Positions 16,357-26,877 of a stretch of DNA of 48,467 bases are shown in pieces (within the stretch, counting starts at the first letter, position 1; each line of letters begins with the position of its first letter). This stretch comes from Synechococcales cyanobacterium VAR_4_metabat_354 (GTDB lineage Bacteria; Cyanobacteriota; Cyanobacteriia; Cyanobacteriales; Chamaesiphonaceae): the NCBI GenBank assembly GCA_031414775.1, contig JANOQI010000032.1, forward strand, positions 1 through 48,467. Direction: 5' to 3'. Both the position numbers and the translations under genes were made by a program. The notes below the pieces were generated by a model. It made no database searches. It had not been told where the DNA came from and saw nothing but the letters and a program-made list of their open reading frames with translations.

Positions 16357-16827
16357 TCAGGTATACATAGACAAAGCATAGTGATAAAAGTCTTCATCTT
16401 GAACATAACCTAGGGATTCATAAAGAGACTGGGCGGTAATATTAGAAATCTGCGTTGATAAAGCGATACGGACGGCACCTGTTTCGCGGGCAAAATTCGC
16501 GGCGGCACCGATCAACAACTTAGCAACACCTTGCTGACGATAGTCTTCGGCCACAAACAAGTCGTTCAAAATCCAGATGGGTTTCATCGATACTGAAGAA
16601 AAACTGGGATAAAGCTGAGTAAATCCCGTAACTTGCTCTCGTTGACTTTGTCTCGCCGCAGGCAAATTAATCGCCAAAAATATTTTAGAATCACCTTTTT
16701 GCAAGCGATCGCGAATAAACAATCGGGCATTATCCAAATCAGAAGGCTGTTGGTAGAACATCCGATATCGATCGAACAAAGCTGAGACTTCTTCTAAATG
16801 CTCGGAATGAGCTAAGACAACTTCCAT
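16357..16827 (-). CDS. GNAT family N-acetyltransferase
   Basis: LFDRYRMFY, GFTQLYPSFSSVSM..IWILNDLFV..YRQQGVA and AQSLYESLGY motifs. Confidence 0.9.
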   Translation of the reverse strand: MEVVLAHSEHLEEVSALFDRYRMFYQQPSDLDNARLFIRDRLQKGDSKIFLAINLPAARQSQREQVTGFTQLYPSFSSVSMKPIWILNDLFVAEDYRQQGVAKLLIGAAANFARETGAVRIALSTQISNITAQSLYESLGYVQDEDFYHYALSMYT

Positions 16828-17138
16828 ACTTAATTTTATCTTCAGGTTAACTATTTTACGGCACGGAGTTCCTCTTGAATAACTCGGCGTGCTAGAAACT
16901 CAGACAGATATTTGAGGTTTCACAAAAATGGAAAGTGAACTAAGCCAAGTCCTTCAATCAATCAAGAATTCTGAGATCAGGCTAGAAATAATTCAGTAAC
17001 TGAGACAATATCTTCCACTGACAGACCCTGTCTACTCCCGTTAAACCTGTAGATTAATTATTTAGCCAACAGAGCCAAATTGCCGTAATATCAAAGCAAG
17101 GGCATCTTGCTTCAGCAAAAAGATTGACATTCGAGTGA

Positions 17139-18038
17139 GTGGACTGGCAAACAAAAGTACTGGGTTATATAGATTGGGCAACAATTAGCAGCTGGTTCAT
17201 GCGCGGCATCGACCTCTCCCTAGTCGTTGCTCTGACTTTCATGATCCTGCTCGCAATCGGCGACCGCCGCACCTTTTGGCTAGTGCGCGGCTTGGTTGTG
17301 CTGGTCGTCGCCGCCGCCCTGAGCCAAAAATTTAAACTCATCTGGCTAGCCTTCGCCCTCGAAAAATTGGTCATTGGCTCTGCCTTGGCTATGTCGATTA
17401 TCTTTCAAGCCGAATTCCGGCGCTTTCTCGAACAATTGGGGCGCGGTGACTTAGGTTATTTGTTTCGATCGATCCGCCGTACTAATTATGAAGCCGATAC
17501 TACGATCGATAACATCGTCGATGCTGTCAAAGACCTCTCCCAAAAACGGATTGGTGCCCTGATCATCATGGAAACCAGCTCCCCTTTTGACGATCGAGAT
17601 TTCTCCGCCCCCGGTGTGAAGATCGATGCCCAGGTATCCAAAGAGCTGCTCCAAACCATCTTTCAGCCCACTACCCTTTTACACGATGGCGCAGTCCTAA
17701 TTCGGGGCGATCGGGTAATGGCCGCTGGGGTAATCCTGCCTCTATCAGCACAGGACGTTTCCCCCCAACTTGGTACCAGACATCGGGCAGCGATGGGCAT
17801 TACCGAACGGTTCTCCAACTGCCTATGTGTGGTAGTCTCGGAAGAGACTGGCTCTATCTCTCTATCCGAAAAGGGAGTGCTCAATCGCCCCCTCACTAGC
17901 AGTAAACTAAAAGAGTTATTAGAGTTACAATTCACGCCAGCAACTGAACAAAAAGTACGAGTTACTGGCTGGCGACGATTCTTCCGAGCTAGTTGGCGGC
18001 GCAAGCTCCTTAGTCGTATTCTAAGTTCTAAAAAGTAA
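17139..18038 (+). CDS. cdaA: Diadenylate cyclase CdaA
   Basis: Three N-terminal TM segments, FQAEFRRFLEQLG, LHDGA, LGTRHRAA and VVSEETG. Confidence 0.93.
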   Translation: MDWQTKVLGYIDWATISSWFMRGIDLSLVVALTFMILLAIGDRRTFWLVRGLVVLVVAAALSQKFKLIWLAFALEKLVIGSALAMSIIFQAEFRRFLEQLGRGDLGYLFRSIRRTNYEADTTIDNIVDAVKDLSQKRIGALIIMETSSPFDDRDFSAPGVKIDAQVSKELLQTIFQPTTLLHDGAVLIRGDRVMAAGVILPLSAQDVSPQLGTRHRAAMGITERFSNCLCVVVSEETGSISLSEKGVLNRPLTSSKLKELLELQFTPATEQKVRVTGWRRFFRASWRRKLLSRILSSKK

Positions 18039-18050
18039 TTTCGTGCACCT

Positions 18051-18806
18051 ATGCCGATGATGTCCAAAATTGACAGCTTGATTGCGCTACCAGCTGATCT
18101 TGACCAGGCCAAGCTGCCCGGTCATGTCGCCGTGATTATGGATGGCAATGGTCGCTGGGGCAAAAAACAGGGTTTATCTAGAATTGTCGGACATCGTAAG
18201 GGTGTGGATGTCCTAAAAGATTTGCTGTATTGTTGTCGGGATTGGGGCATTCCAGCTCTAACAGCCTATGCTTTTTCCACCGAAAATTGGGGCAGACCCC
18301 TGGAAGAAGTAGATTTTTTGATGTTACTGTTTGAGCGGGTACTGCGCCGTGAGCTAGAAGAAATGAATGCTGAGCAAGTCCGGATTAGATTTATGGGTAA
18401 TCTGACTGCTTTGCCCACTTCTTTGCAATCGGAAATCGCGAAGGCGGTTTCTATGACCCAGCACAATCAGGGTATTCAATTTACTGTCGCCACCAATTAT
18501 GGTGGTCGCCAAGAAATTATTCAAGCCTGTCGATCGATCGCCGCCCAAGTTCAAGCTGGATCGATCGAACCAGATGACATCGATGAAAATCTGTTCAACA
18601 GTCATCTCTACACCCACGGCATTCCCGACCCCGACTTGTTAATTCGAACCAGTGGCGAACTGCGGATTAGTAATTTTTTGCTGTGGCAGCTGGCTTACGC
18701 CGAAATTTATGTCACCGAGACTCTGTGGCCGAACTTCGATCGAGTAGCCTTTCATGCCGCTCTGGCAGACTACCAACAACGGCATCGGCGTTTTGGCAAG
18801 CTCTAA
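18051..18806 (+). CDS. uppS: Undecaprenyl diphosphate synthase (cis-isoprenyl transferase)
   Basis: [25 protein letters not shown] and [19 protein letters not shown]. Confidence 0.95.
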   Translation: MPMMSKIDSLIALPADLDQAKLPGHVAVIMDGNGRWGKKQGLSRIVGHRKGVDVLKDLLYCCRDWGIPALTAYAFSTENWGRPLEEVDFLMLLFERVLRRELEEMNAEQVRIRFMGNLTALPTSLQSEIAKAVSMTQHNQGIQFTVATNYGGRQEIIQACRSIAAQVQAGSIEPDDIDENLFNSHLYTHGIPDPDLLIRTSGELRISNFLLWQLAYAEIYVTETLWPNFDRVAFHAALADYQQRHRRFGKL

Positions 18807-19468
18807 CGCTTTTCCTGGAAGCCGCCAGCATAATTAATCACGCACATGACGCGGTGAATTTTGTGGTAGCCACAGGCAATGCCCGTTACTTGGTAGTCTG
18901 CCCGAAACATATTAATCCGATGACTGCGATCAGGCACCCCATCATCCACAATCAAATCGCGGACTACAGCCACTGCGGTATCGGGTCCATAGCTATTATT
19001 TTCTCCCCCTGGTTCTAGCCAATAACCATGGCGGCTAATTCTTTGATAGGGTGTACTGCCACCGCGGCCTTTATGGCCAATTAATCCTCGCCTACCTTGA
19101 TATATTACGTGATCGCGCGCGGCGCGTGAGATGCCTGCTGATAGTCGTAACCGAGGTGCTGGCTGCGCTCTTTTCACGGCTCTAATTGCTTCATCGACCA
19201 CCGCTACGCCTTCTTTAGTTTGCAGAAATAAGCGTGACGACAGTCGGGCTTGCTTGCCTTGAAAGCGTTTTCGCCACGTTTGTAAGAATTTAGCATAACC
19301 AACTGGATTGGCTCGCGCCCGATTCATCTCCACCAGAATGCCCCGTTCTAAGGCCGCCATTTTAGTGCGGGGGGGTTGATTGGCTTCGATCGCGACTACT
19401 GGCGGCGAATTGATCAGCAGCAAACCACAACTAATCATGGGCAGCCATAATTCACGAGTTAATTTCAT
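18803..19468 (-). CDS. Secreted CAP (SCP/PR-1) domain protein
   Basis: Signal peptide; N.AR.NP, AARDH, GH, GEN and [13 protein letters not shown] motifs. Confidence 0.85.
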   Translation of the reverse strand: MKLTRELWLPMISCGLLLINSPPVVAIEANQPPRTKMAALERGILVEMNRARANPVGYAKFLQTWRKRFQGKQARLSSRLFLQTKEGVAVVDEAIRAVKRAQPAPRLRLSAGISRAARDHVIYQGRRGLIGHKGRGGSTPYQRISRHGYWLEPGGENNSYGPDTAVAVVRDLIVDDGVPDRSHRINMFRADYQVTGIACGYHKIHRVMCVINYAGGFQEKR

Positions 19469-19561
19469 CAGGGCATGAGCAAATTTCAGATATGGCGAAT
19501 ATGATACTGTCTATTTGGTTACAGTACCTGTGGATTTCCCTACACAACTTGGAGAAAAATA

Positions 19562-20128
19562 ATGAATCCTTTGATTAGTCTGATCACCAGTCAACTAAGT
19601 GGTCCCGTCCTCGCCCAAATTGGCCAACAAATTGGAGCTGATGGTAATTCAACTCAGTCGGCGATTAGTGCGGCTTTGCCGATGATGCTGTCAGCTATGG
19701 GTAATCAGGCCGATGCTGGTGGTGCCGATACTTTGCAACAAGCTGCTCAAGAGAATAATTCGGTTTTGGATGATGTGATGGGATTTTTGGGTAACGCTCA
19801 GGGCGGCAATGTGCAAGGAGCTTTGCTAAATCAGGTGATGGGTGGTAATGGCAATGCGATCGCTAATGCGGTGGCTCAGCACACTGGATTGGAGGCGGGA
19901 GCCGTGATGCAGTTGTTGGGATTGCTCACTCCGATTGTGATGGGTGCCTTGGGTCAATCTTCCCAAGCGCAAGGCTTAGATGCCAATGGTCTGGCTCAAA
20001 TGGTGGGAGCCGCTGCTGGTAGTAGTAATGGTAATGACTTGATGGGTCTGGCCACCAAAATGCTGGATACCGATGGTGACGGCAATGTGATGGAAGAACT
20101 TAGCGGATTGGTCAATAAGTTCTTCTAA
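19562..20128 (+). CDS. DUF937 domain protein
   Basis: Gly/Ala/Gln-rich helical protein, ALP.MLSAM, L.LLTPIVMG.L and C-terminal LDTDGDG. Confidence 0.75.
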   Translation: MNPLISLITSQLSGPVLAQIGQQIGADGNSTQSAISAALPMMLSAMGNQADAGGADTLQQAAQENNSVLDDVMGFLGNAQGGNVQGALLNQVMGGNGNAIANAVAQHTGLEAGAVMQLLGLLTPIVMGALGQSSQAQGLDANGLAQMVGAAAGSSNGNDLMGLATKMLDTDGDGNVMEELSGLVNKFF

Positions 20129-20144
20129 GATCTAATTAACCCCA

Positions 20145-20178
20145 AGAAAAAAACCGGCGGTACCGCCGGTTTTTTTCT
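20145..20178. terminator. Bidirectional intrinsic terminator
   Basis: Perfect 34-bp palindrome agaaaaaaaccggcggt|accgccggtttttttct between convergent genes, with A7/T7 tails. Confidence 0.92.
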
Positions 20179-20183
20179 AAGTT

Positions 20184-21950
20184 CTAGACTTCAACTCGGG
20201 CGGCTGAGCGTTGCCGCCGCCGTCCTGGTGACTCTTTACCAGCATTGCCAGTAGGCATTTGTAGTAAAACCACGATGCTCGGGCGACTTTGGCGCATTTC
20301 TTGCCGAATTAGTCGCTGAATCGCGCTTTCTAGTTCTATCTGTACACCTGTCCAATCGACATCTGTTTGACCAGATTCAAAAGTGCGGGCAAATCTTGAC
20401 CATCGATCAGCTAAGCAAGATTCTACTCGCTTTACTACCAGATTTTCTAGTAAGGAAGTCTCGATTCCTGTTACCACCCCATTCAGGTGCATCTGTGGTC
20501 GAGCGATCAGCTTGCCGTCAAAACCGACAGCTACCGCGACAGTGACAATGCCATCTTCGGCTAATTGTTGACGTTCTTTGAGCACCCGATCCTGAACGAT
20601 GCCAGCACTATCTACGAGCTGAATGCCAGATTTAACTTTGCCAGCTTTCTTGATCGAAGTTTCGGTCAGCTCAATCACGTCGCCATTATCAATGATCAAT
20701 ATGTTTTCGCGGGGGATGCCCATGCTTTGAGCTGTCTCAGAATGCTTGATTAGCATCCGATGTTCGCCGTGGACTGGTACAAAGAATTTGGGGCGAGTCA
20801 AGCTCAGCATTAGTTTTTGATCTTCTTGACAGCCGTGGCCAGAAACATGGATACCTTTATCGCGGCCATAAATGACGTTTGCGCCTTGCATCATCAGTTT
20901 ATCGATCGTATTCACAACTGCGATCGTATTGCCAGGAATGGGGTTGGCTGAGAAAACAACCGTGTCACCAGCTTTGATCTTGACCTGGCGATACTCACCA
21001 TTAGCAATCCGGGTCATGGCTGCTAGGGGTTCACCTTGGGAGCCAGTACAAAGAATTATTACCTTGTCGTCGGGTAAGTGATTCCCCGATTGTAGTGGTT
21101 CAAAAACATTGTCTGGGCAGTTGATATAGCCGAGTGTCCGAGCGTGAGCGATCACATTCAACATCGACCGACCAACGACACAAACCTTGCGGTTATACTT
21201 CTGTGCCAACTCCAGAATCATGTTGATCCGGTGAACAGAAGAAGCAAAGGTGGTAATCAGAATCCGTTTTTTGGCAGCGCCAATGATCCGATCGAGATTT
21301 GGAAATACTGCTCGTTCCGAAGGTGTAAAACCAGGTAGCTCAGAGTTAGTGGAGTCACCGAGTAAGCACAGCACCCCTTTCTCACCATGCTCCGCTAGCT
21401 TGGCAAAGTCGTAAACCTCACCATCTACAGGAGTATGGTCAAACTTAAAGTCACCAGTATGAATCACGACTCCAACTGGCGTGTGAATGGCCAGAGAGAA
21501 GCTATCGGCGATCGAGTGAGTGTTACGGATAAACTCCACAAAGAAATATTGACCAATTCTGACCATTTCACGAGGCAGAACAGTTTTGATTTTAGTTCGA
21601 TCGGCTACCCCAGCTTCTTCTAACTTGCCGCGCAGCAAGGCCATCGCCAACCGTGGACCATAGATAACTGGAATATCAATTTGCTTAAGGTGATGGGAGA
21701 TGCCGCCAATATGATCTTCATGACCGTGGGTCACTACCATACCCTTGATTTTGTGACGGTTTTCTAGCAGATAAGTCATATCTGGTAGAACAATATTTAC
21801 CCCATGCATACCATCAGAAGGAAAACCTAAACCAGCGTCTAAAAGAATAATTTCGTCTTCATATTCAATTACACAAGTGTTCTTCCCGATTTCATGCAGA
21901 CCGCCTAAAGGAATAATTCTGAGTGGCGATTTGCTGGGTTTATTAGTCAT
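20184..21950 (-). CDS. rnj: Ribonuclease J
   Basis: PLGGLHEIGKN, THGHEDHIG, HTGDFK, DSTN, HVSGH and PVHGE motifs. Confidence 0.96.
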   Translation of the reverse strand: MTNKPSKSPLRIIPLGGLHEIGKNTCVIEYEDEIILLDAGLGFPSDGMHGVNIVLPDMTYLLENRHKIKGMVVTHGHEDHIGGISHHLKQIDIPVIYGPRLAMALLRGKLEEAGVADRTKIKTVLPREMVRIGQYFFVEFIRNTHSIADSFSLAIHTPVGVVIHTGDFKFDHTPVDGEVYDFAKLAEHGEKGVLCLLGDSTNSELPGFTPSERAVFPNLDRIIGAAKKRILITTFASSVHRINMILELAQKYNRKVCVVGRSMLNVIAHARTLGYINCPDNVFEPLQSGNHLPDDKVIILCTGSQGEPLAAMTRIANGEYRQVKIKAGDTVVFSANPIPGNTIAVVNTIDKLMMQGANVIYGRDKGIHVSGHGCQEDQKLMLSLTRPKFFVPVHGEHRMLIKHSETAQSMGIPRENILIIDNGDVIELTETSIKKAGKVKSGIQLVDSAGIVQDRVLKERQQLAEDGIVTVAVAVGFDGKLIARPQMHLNGVVTGIETSLLENLVVKRVESCLADRWSRFARTFESGQTDVDWTGVQIELESAIQRLIRQEMRQSRPSIVVLLQMPTGNAGKESPGRRRQRSAARVEV

Positions 21951-22359
21951 TAATTGCTCCTAAAATTGACGCTAATTAAAAAATTAGCTGTGATAAAACT
22001 TTTTGATAGATGTCAAAATCGAATGCTCGAACGAAAAGGGGCTGAAAAGGTCATCTGCCTTACTAATCGGCGCGAAATCGAAATACTTTTTATTCGTCAA
22101 CCACACTGAAAATATTTTGGTTGGTTTAAATCTTGATAGCAGCTGTTTCAAAGCTATTCAGGTCAGCAACAATTACTCATTTAACTTGATCTTAGCTAAG
22201 CCAGGGTTATTTGATAGACTGTCGGCTTGGGAATGGACGTTTACTTCTCATCTTCTACCTATGTTAACAACATTTTTACCATATTCGTGAAATGAGGTCA
22301 AGAACAATGTGAAAACTACCCAGTAACCACTAAAACAAGTGTCAATAAAGCCAAGATTA

Positions 22360-23241
22360 TTACAAGAGATTTTGCTCTTGCAACAATATTTTCAATGTAC
22401 TAAGCAAATCTGCTGATAATTCGGTCAGCGGTAGCCGACATCCACCCATCTGCCAGCCCTGCAAATTGAGCGCTGCTTTGAGCGGAATCGGATTACTTGC
22501 ACAAAACAACCCTTTAAAAAGTGGTAGCCGCCACAAGTGAATGCTTAAAGCCGCCGCGTGATTGCCCTGCTGAAATTCTTGAATCATTAGCTGTAAATCG
22601 GTGCCGATCAGATGGCTGGCCACGCTCACAATGCCCGCTCCACCTACTGCCAACATTGGTAAGGTCAGAGCATCATCGCCAGCATAGATCGCAAAATCTG
22701 TTGGAGTACTGCGGCGAATTTGACTGGCTACTTCTAGGTTACCCGATGCTTCCTTAATTGCCACAATGTTGGGAATTGCGGCTAACCGAATGCTAGTTTC
22801 GGCTTCCATCATTTGGCCAGTGCGACCAGGAATGTTGTAAAGCATCATGGGCAGTTCACAAGCCTGGGCGATCGCCCGAAAATGGGCGTATAGTCCATCT
22901 TGAGTGGGTTTGTTGTAGTAAGGCACTACCTGCAAACTACCATCCAGACCTAGCTTGGCAGCTTTTTGGGTGGCTTCGATCGCTTCTTTAGTAGAATTGG
23001 AGCCAGTGCCAGCTAAGACCTTCGCTTTGCCCTGGACGGCCTTGAGTACTACTTGGAATAACTCATATTCTTCGTCCCAGCTAATGGTCGGCGATTCACC
23101 AGTAGTACCACAGACCACAATGCCATCAGAACCATGTTCGGCTAGGTACACAGCTAATTCTTCGGCGACAGCATAATCTACCTGTCCCTCGCTGTCTAAG
23201 GGGGTGACCATTGCTGTAATCACTCGACCAAAATCTGTCAC
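22360..23241 (-). CDS. dapA: 4-hydroxy-tetrahydrodipicolinate synthase
   Basis: [20 protein letters not shown] and IKEASG motifs. Confidence 0.96.
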   Translation of the reverse strand: MTDFGRVITAMVTPLDSEGQVDYAVAEELAVYLAEHGSDGIVVCGTTGESPTISWDEEYELFQVVLKAVQGKAKVLAGTGSNSTKEAIEATQKAAKLGLDGSLQVVPYYNKPTQDGLYAHFRAIAQACELPMMLYNIPGRTGQMMEAETSIRLAAIPNIVAIKEASGNLEVASQIRRSTPTDFAIYAGDDALTLPMLAVGGAGIVSVASHLIGTDLQLMIQEFQQGNHAAALSIHLWRLPLFKGLFCASNPIPLKAALNLQGWQMGGCRLPLTELSADLLSTLKILLQEQNLL

Positions 23242-23305
23242 AAGCTACTCCTAATATTTTAATTCACTAGTTTTCCTAGACGACGGGAGCTATTGGTGCG
23301 GCCTC

Positions 23306-24334
23306 TCAGCAGGAAGATCGCATTAAATTCTTTTCTACCAACAACTCTGCAATCTGGATGGCGTTGAGAGCCGCACCTTTGCGAATTTGGTCGCCACAGA
23401 GCCACAGCTCCAAACCGTTGGCATGAGAAAGATCAGTACGAATACGACCTACTAATACCGGATCTTGACCAGAGGCATCGATCGGCATGGGAAAATAATT
23501 AGCCTCCCAATCTTCGACTAGTTTTACACCCGGTGCTTTGGCCAAAATTTCGCGGGCTTCGTTGACCGGAAACGGTTCGGTAAACTCTAGATTCAGAGCT
23601 TCAGAATGGGCGCGAAGGACTGGCACTCTGATACAGGTCGCACTGACTCGCAGATCTGGAATCCCTAAAATTTTCCGAGTTTCGTTGACCATCTTCATTT
23701 CTTCCTCACAGTAGCCAGCTGCGTTAATCGGGGTGTTGTGGGGAAAAAGGTTGAAGGCTAAAGGATAAGGGAAAATATCGGTAGGCGGAGTCTGGTTATT
23801 CAAAATCGCTTGGGCTTGCACCTTGACCTCGGCCATCGCTCTGGCACCGGCACCGCTGGCTGATTGGTAGGTAGCCACCACGATTCTTTGAATGGGGCGA
23901 ACTTGATGGAGCGGATAGATAGCCACGGCCATCAAAATGGTGGTGCAGTTGGGATTAGCAATAATGCCTTGATGTTCTGCCGCCGCCGCCGGATTCACCT
24001 CTGGCACTACCAAAGGCACATTAGGCTGCATCCGAAAAGCGCTGGAATTATCCACCACTACCGCGCCAGCAGCCACTGCGATCGAAGAAAACTGTTTGCT
24101 GATACTGCCACCGGCAGAAGCTAATACCAAATCCACATCTCGAAAGCTATCGTTGGTAACTTCTTGGACGGTTAACTCTTGCTCCCGAAACTTAATTTTT
24201 GTCCCAGCCGATCGAGCAGAAGCCAATAACTTTAAATTGGCGATCGGAAAGTTCCGCTCGGCCAAAAGGGTGAGTAATTCTTCTCCAACTGCTCCAGTTG
24301 CGCCTAAAACGGCTACGCGATAAGAACCAGACAA
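23306..24334 (-). CDS. asd: Aspartate-semialdehyde dehydrogenase
   Basis: GATGAVG, DNSSAFR, NPNCTT, YQSASGAG and DQIRKGAA motifs. Confidence 0.96.
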   Translation of the reverse strand: MSGSYRVAVLGATGAVGEELLTLLAERNFPIANLKLLASARSAGTKIKFREQELTVQEVTNDSFRDVDLVLASAGGSISKQFSSIAVAAGAVVVDNSSAFRMQPNVPLVVPEVNPAAAAEHQGIIANPNCTTILMAVAIYPLHQVRPIQRIVVATYQSASGAGARAMAEVKVQAQAILNNQTPPTDIFPYPLAFNLFPHNTPINAAGYCEEEMKMVNETRKILGIPDLRVSATCIRVPVLRAHSEALNLEFTEPFPVNEAREILAKAPGVKLVEDWEANYFPMPIDASGQDPVLVGRIRTDLSHANGLELWLCGDQIRKGAALNAIQIAELLVEKNLMRSSC

Positions 24335-24552
24335 TGAAATTTCCTCTTTGAAAAAATATTTAGGGCGCTAAAATTGGGTTGTCTTTTGCCATAATTGTAC
24401 TATCTAGTCTATGACGATGGCGATTTACTGGTGTGCTGAAATGTCTTCCGTACACCAGTAAATAATGTGAGTACAGCTTTTGTGTTAACATGTCAGCCGC
24501 TTGGCAGTTTGCCACAGCCAGACTCGATTTGCTCTTGTAAAGTATATACCTC

Positions 24553-25917
24553 ATGAAAGTTACCCAGGAAAAGCTCGCACACAGTCAAGTTGGCTTGCAG
24601 ATAGAAGTGCCAGCCGAGCAAGCGAAGATCTATCACGAGCAGGCCATCCAAAACTTAATACGCAATGCCAATATCCCTGGCTTTCGGAAAGGTAAAGTGC
24701 CCCGCCAGATGGTTGTCCAACGGTTTGGTGCTCAACAGATCAAGGCGATGGCGATCGAGAGTTTATTAGAAAAGATTTTGCCCGCAGCGATTAAGGAAGC
24801 TGATATTCCAGCTTTAGGCAATTACCAAATCACCTCCGAATTTGACGACTTAATTGCCAGCTTTAAGATTGATCAGCCCTTTACTTTTAAAGCGGCAGTG
24901 GATGTACCACCCGAAGTGAAGCTAGGAGATTACCAAAAGCTGACCGTCACAGCCGAAGAAGAAGTGGCTGAAGCTGATGCGGTTGATAAATTCTTGGCCG
25001 AGCGTCAGCGCGAGAAATCCACTTTAGTACCAGTTACTAATCGTGGTGCGCAGCTCGATGACGTGGCTGTGGTCGATTACAGCGGTAAGCTGGCCGATGG
25101 CGAAGAAATTAAGGGTGCGCAGGCTACCGATGCCGAAGTAGAACTATCTGTTGACAGGTTTATTGCTGATTTGGTCAGTGGCATCGTCGGCATGAAAATA
25201 GATGAAGCGAAGACTATCCCGGTTACATTCCCGGCGGATTACGCCCGCGAAGACTTAGCGGGTCAGATCGCCAGCTTTGATGTCACCGTTAAAGATCTAA
25301 AGACCAGAGAGCTACCAGATTTGAGTGATGATTTTGCTCAAGAGGTCAGCGAAGAAGCTACTTTAGAGGCTTTAAGAGCATCTTTGACCAAACAGTTTGC
25401 CGATCGAGCAGCTGACAGCACTAAATCCAATATTGACACAGCTCTTTCCGCTGCTTTGGTAGAAATCGTCGAGGTCGATCCGCCAGAAACCATGATTGAT
25501 CAGGAAACTGGCAACATCTTGCAAATGATGGCGCAACAATTTAGCCAGTATGGCATGGATGTTAATCAGCTCTTTACTCGCGAAAGTATTCCCAAGATGA
25601 AGGAAAATTGTCGCCCCGAGGCGATCAAAAACCTGAAGGAAGCTTTAGCGATCGCCGAGATTGCCAAGCAAGAAAAGCTCAGCGTCGAGCCAGCTGAGAT
25701 TGATGCTAAATGTGCAACTATTCGCGAGCAGTTAAAAGGCGATGTGATTGAAGATAAATTGCGCGCTTTTGTAATCGAAGATATGACTAAGGAGAAAGTC
25801 TTAGGATGGTTGCAATCTAAAAGCGAAGTAACGCTGGTGCCAGTTGGTTCTTTGAAAAAGGAAGATCCTGATGAAGCCGAAGCTGTCACGGTAGAAGCCG
25901 AAGTTGTAGCTGAATAA
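24553..25917 (+). CDS. tig: Trigger factor
   Basis: IPGFRKGKVP signature, FKBP-like middle domain and tig-clpP-clpX synteny. Confidence 0.95.
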   Translation: MKVTQEKLAHSQVGLQIEVPAEQAKIYHEQAIQNLIRNANIPGFRKGKVPRQMVVQRFGAQQIKAMAIESLLEKILPAAIKEADIPALGNYQITSEFDDLIASFKIDQPFTFKAAVDVPPEVKLGDYQKLTVTAEEEVAEADAVDKFLAERQREKSTLVPVTNRGAQLDDVAVVDYSGKLADGEEIKGAQATDAEVELSVDRFIADLVSGIVGMKIDEAKTIPVTFPADYAREDLAGQIASFDVTVKDLKTRELPDLSDDFAQEVSEEATLEALRASLTKQFADRAADSTKSNIDTALSAALVEIVEVDPPETMIDQETGNILQMMAQQFSQYGMDVNQLFTRESIPKMKENCRPEAIKNLKEALAIAEIAKQEKLSVEPAEIDAKCATIREQLKGDVIEDKLRAFVIEDMTKEKVLGWLQSKSEVTLVPVGSLKKEDPDEAEAVTVEAEVVAE

Positions 25918-25946
25918 AAACTGGCTGCTAATGACGGAATTTTATC

Positions 25947-26005
25947 GGCACCATAGATCTGGGGTGTATCTTAATATTTGATACCAATTCAGATCTATGC
26001 CTGCC
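25947..26005. other. Long imperfect stem-loop between tig and clpP
   Basis: catagatctg (25952-25961) pairs with cagatctatg (25990-25999), with inner gtatc/gatac and outer ggca/tgcc pairs. Confidence 0.5.
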
Positions 26006-26163
26006 ACAAAGATCTGGATGTTGCGATATAACTTAAGTAATGAAAGACACCAAAATACATCGAAACATTTTTATTCCAGATAAAGCTGGATAACGTAGTT
26101 TTGAAAATTCTGGCTCTGTCTGCTGGCTAAATTTCTAATTCTTTTCACTGAACTATCGTTCCA

Positions 26164-26829
26164 ATGTTCATATCCCAAATCTCTGATTATCCTTCGAGTA
26201 TTGTTGCCCAGCCTGAAATATTTTCTGGGGCTGTCATTCCCATGGTGGTAGAGCAGTCTGGCACTGGAGAAAGAGCCTTTGATATTTACTCTCGGTTGTT
26301 GCGGGAGCGAATCATTTTTTTGGGTACTCAGGTAGATGATGCGATCGCTGACTCCCTGATTGCTCAAATGCTATTTTTAGAAGCAGAAGATCCCGAAAAA
26401 GATATTCAGCTTTATATTAATTCTCCAGGTGGTTCGGTCACGTCTGGTATGGGAATTTATGACACCATGCAGCAAATTCGCCCCGATTTGGTAACAATTT
26501 GTTACGGTTTAGCCGCCAGTATGGGGGCTTTTTTGCTAGCTGGTGGAGCAGCAGGTAAAAGAATGTGTCTACCCAGTGCCCGGATCATGATTCACCAGCC
26601 TTTGGGTGGTGCCCAGGGTCAGGCGATCGACATCGAAATTCAAGCGCGGGAAATTCTCTATCATAAGAGCAAGCTGAATGAAATCTTAGCTCACCATACT
26701 GGTCAGCCCCTCGATAAATTAGCTGCTGATACTGAGCGAGACTTCTTTATGTCGTCAGATGAGGCGCAAGCTTACGGACTTATCGATAAAGTTATTACCA
26801 AGCCAGTGGCTTTAGAGCTAGTGGCTTAA
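26164..26829 (+). CDS. clpP: ATP-dependent Clp protease proteolytic subunit
   Basis: [22 protein letters not shown] (Ser), MIHQP (His) and ERD (Asp). Confidence 0.96.
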   Translation: MFISQISDYPSSIVAQPEIFSGAVIPMVVEQSGTGERAFDIYSRLLRERIIFLGTQVDDAIADSLIAQMLFLEAEDPEKDIQLYINSPGGSVTSGMGIYDTMQQIRPDLVTICYGLAASMGAFLLAGGAAGKRMCLPSARIMIHQPLGGAQGQAIDIEIQAREILYHKSKLNEILAHHTGQPLDKLAADTERDFFMSSDEAQAYGLIDKVITKPVALELVA

Positions 26830-26877
26830 TTGGTGTTTGATGGCTAGTTTCCCCTCATTTGTTGTTAGAGTCACATT

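Noticed and set aside
19202..19212. gctacgcc match to the micro-element head within the CAP gene
   Set aside because: It encodes normal EGVAVV, and there is no hairpin or split CGATCG site.
22003..22290. 95-aa ORF between rnj and dapA
   Set aside because: AT-rich, antisense to the asd-dapA-rnj run, with a TTG start and no motifs. More likely rnj leader sequence.
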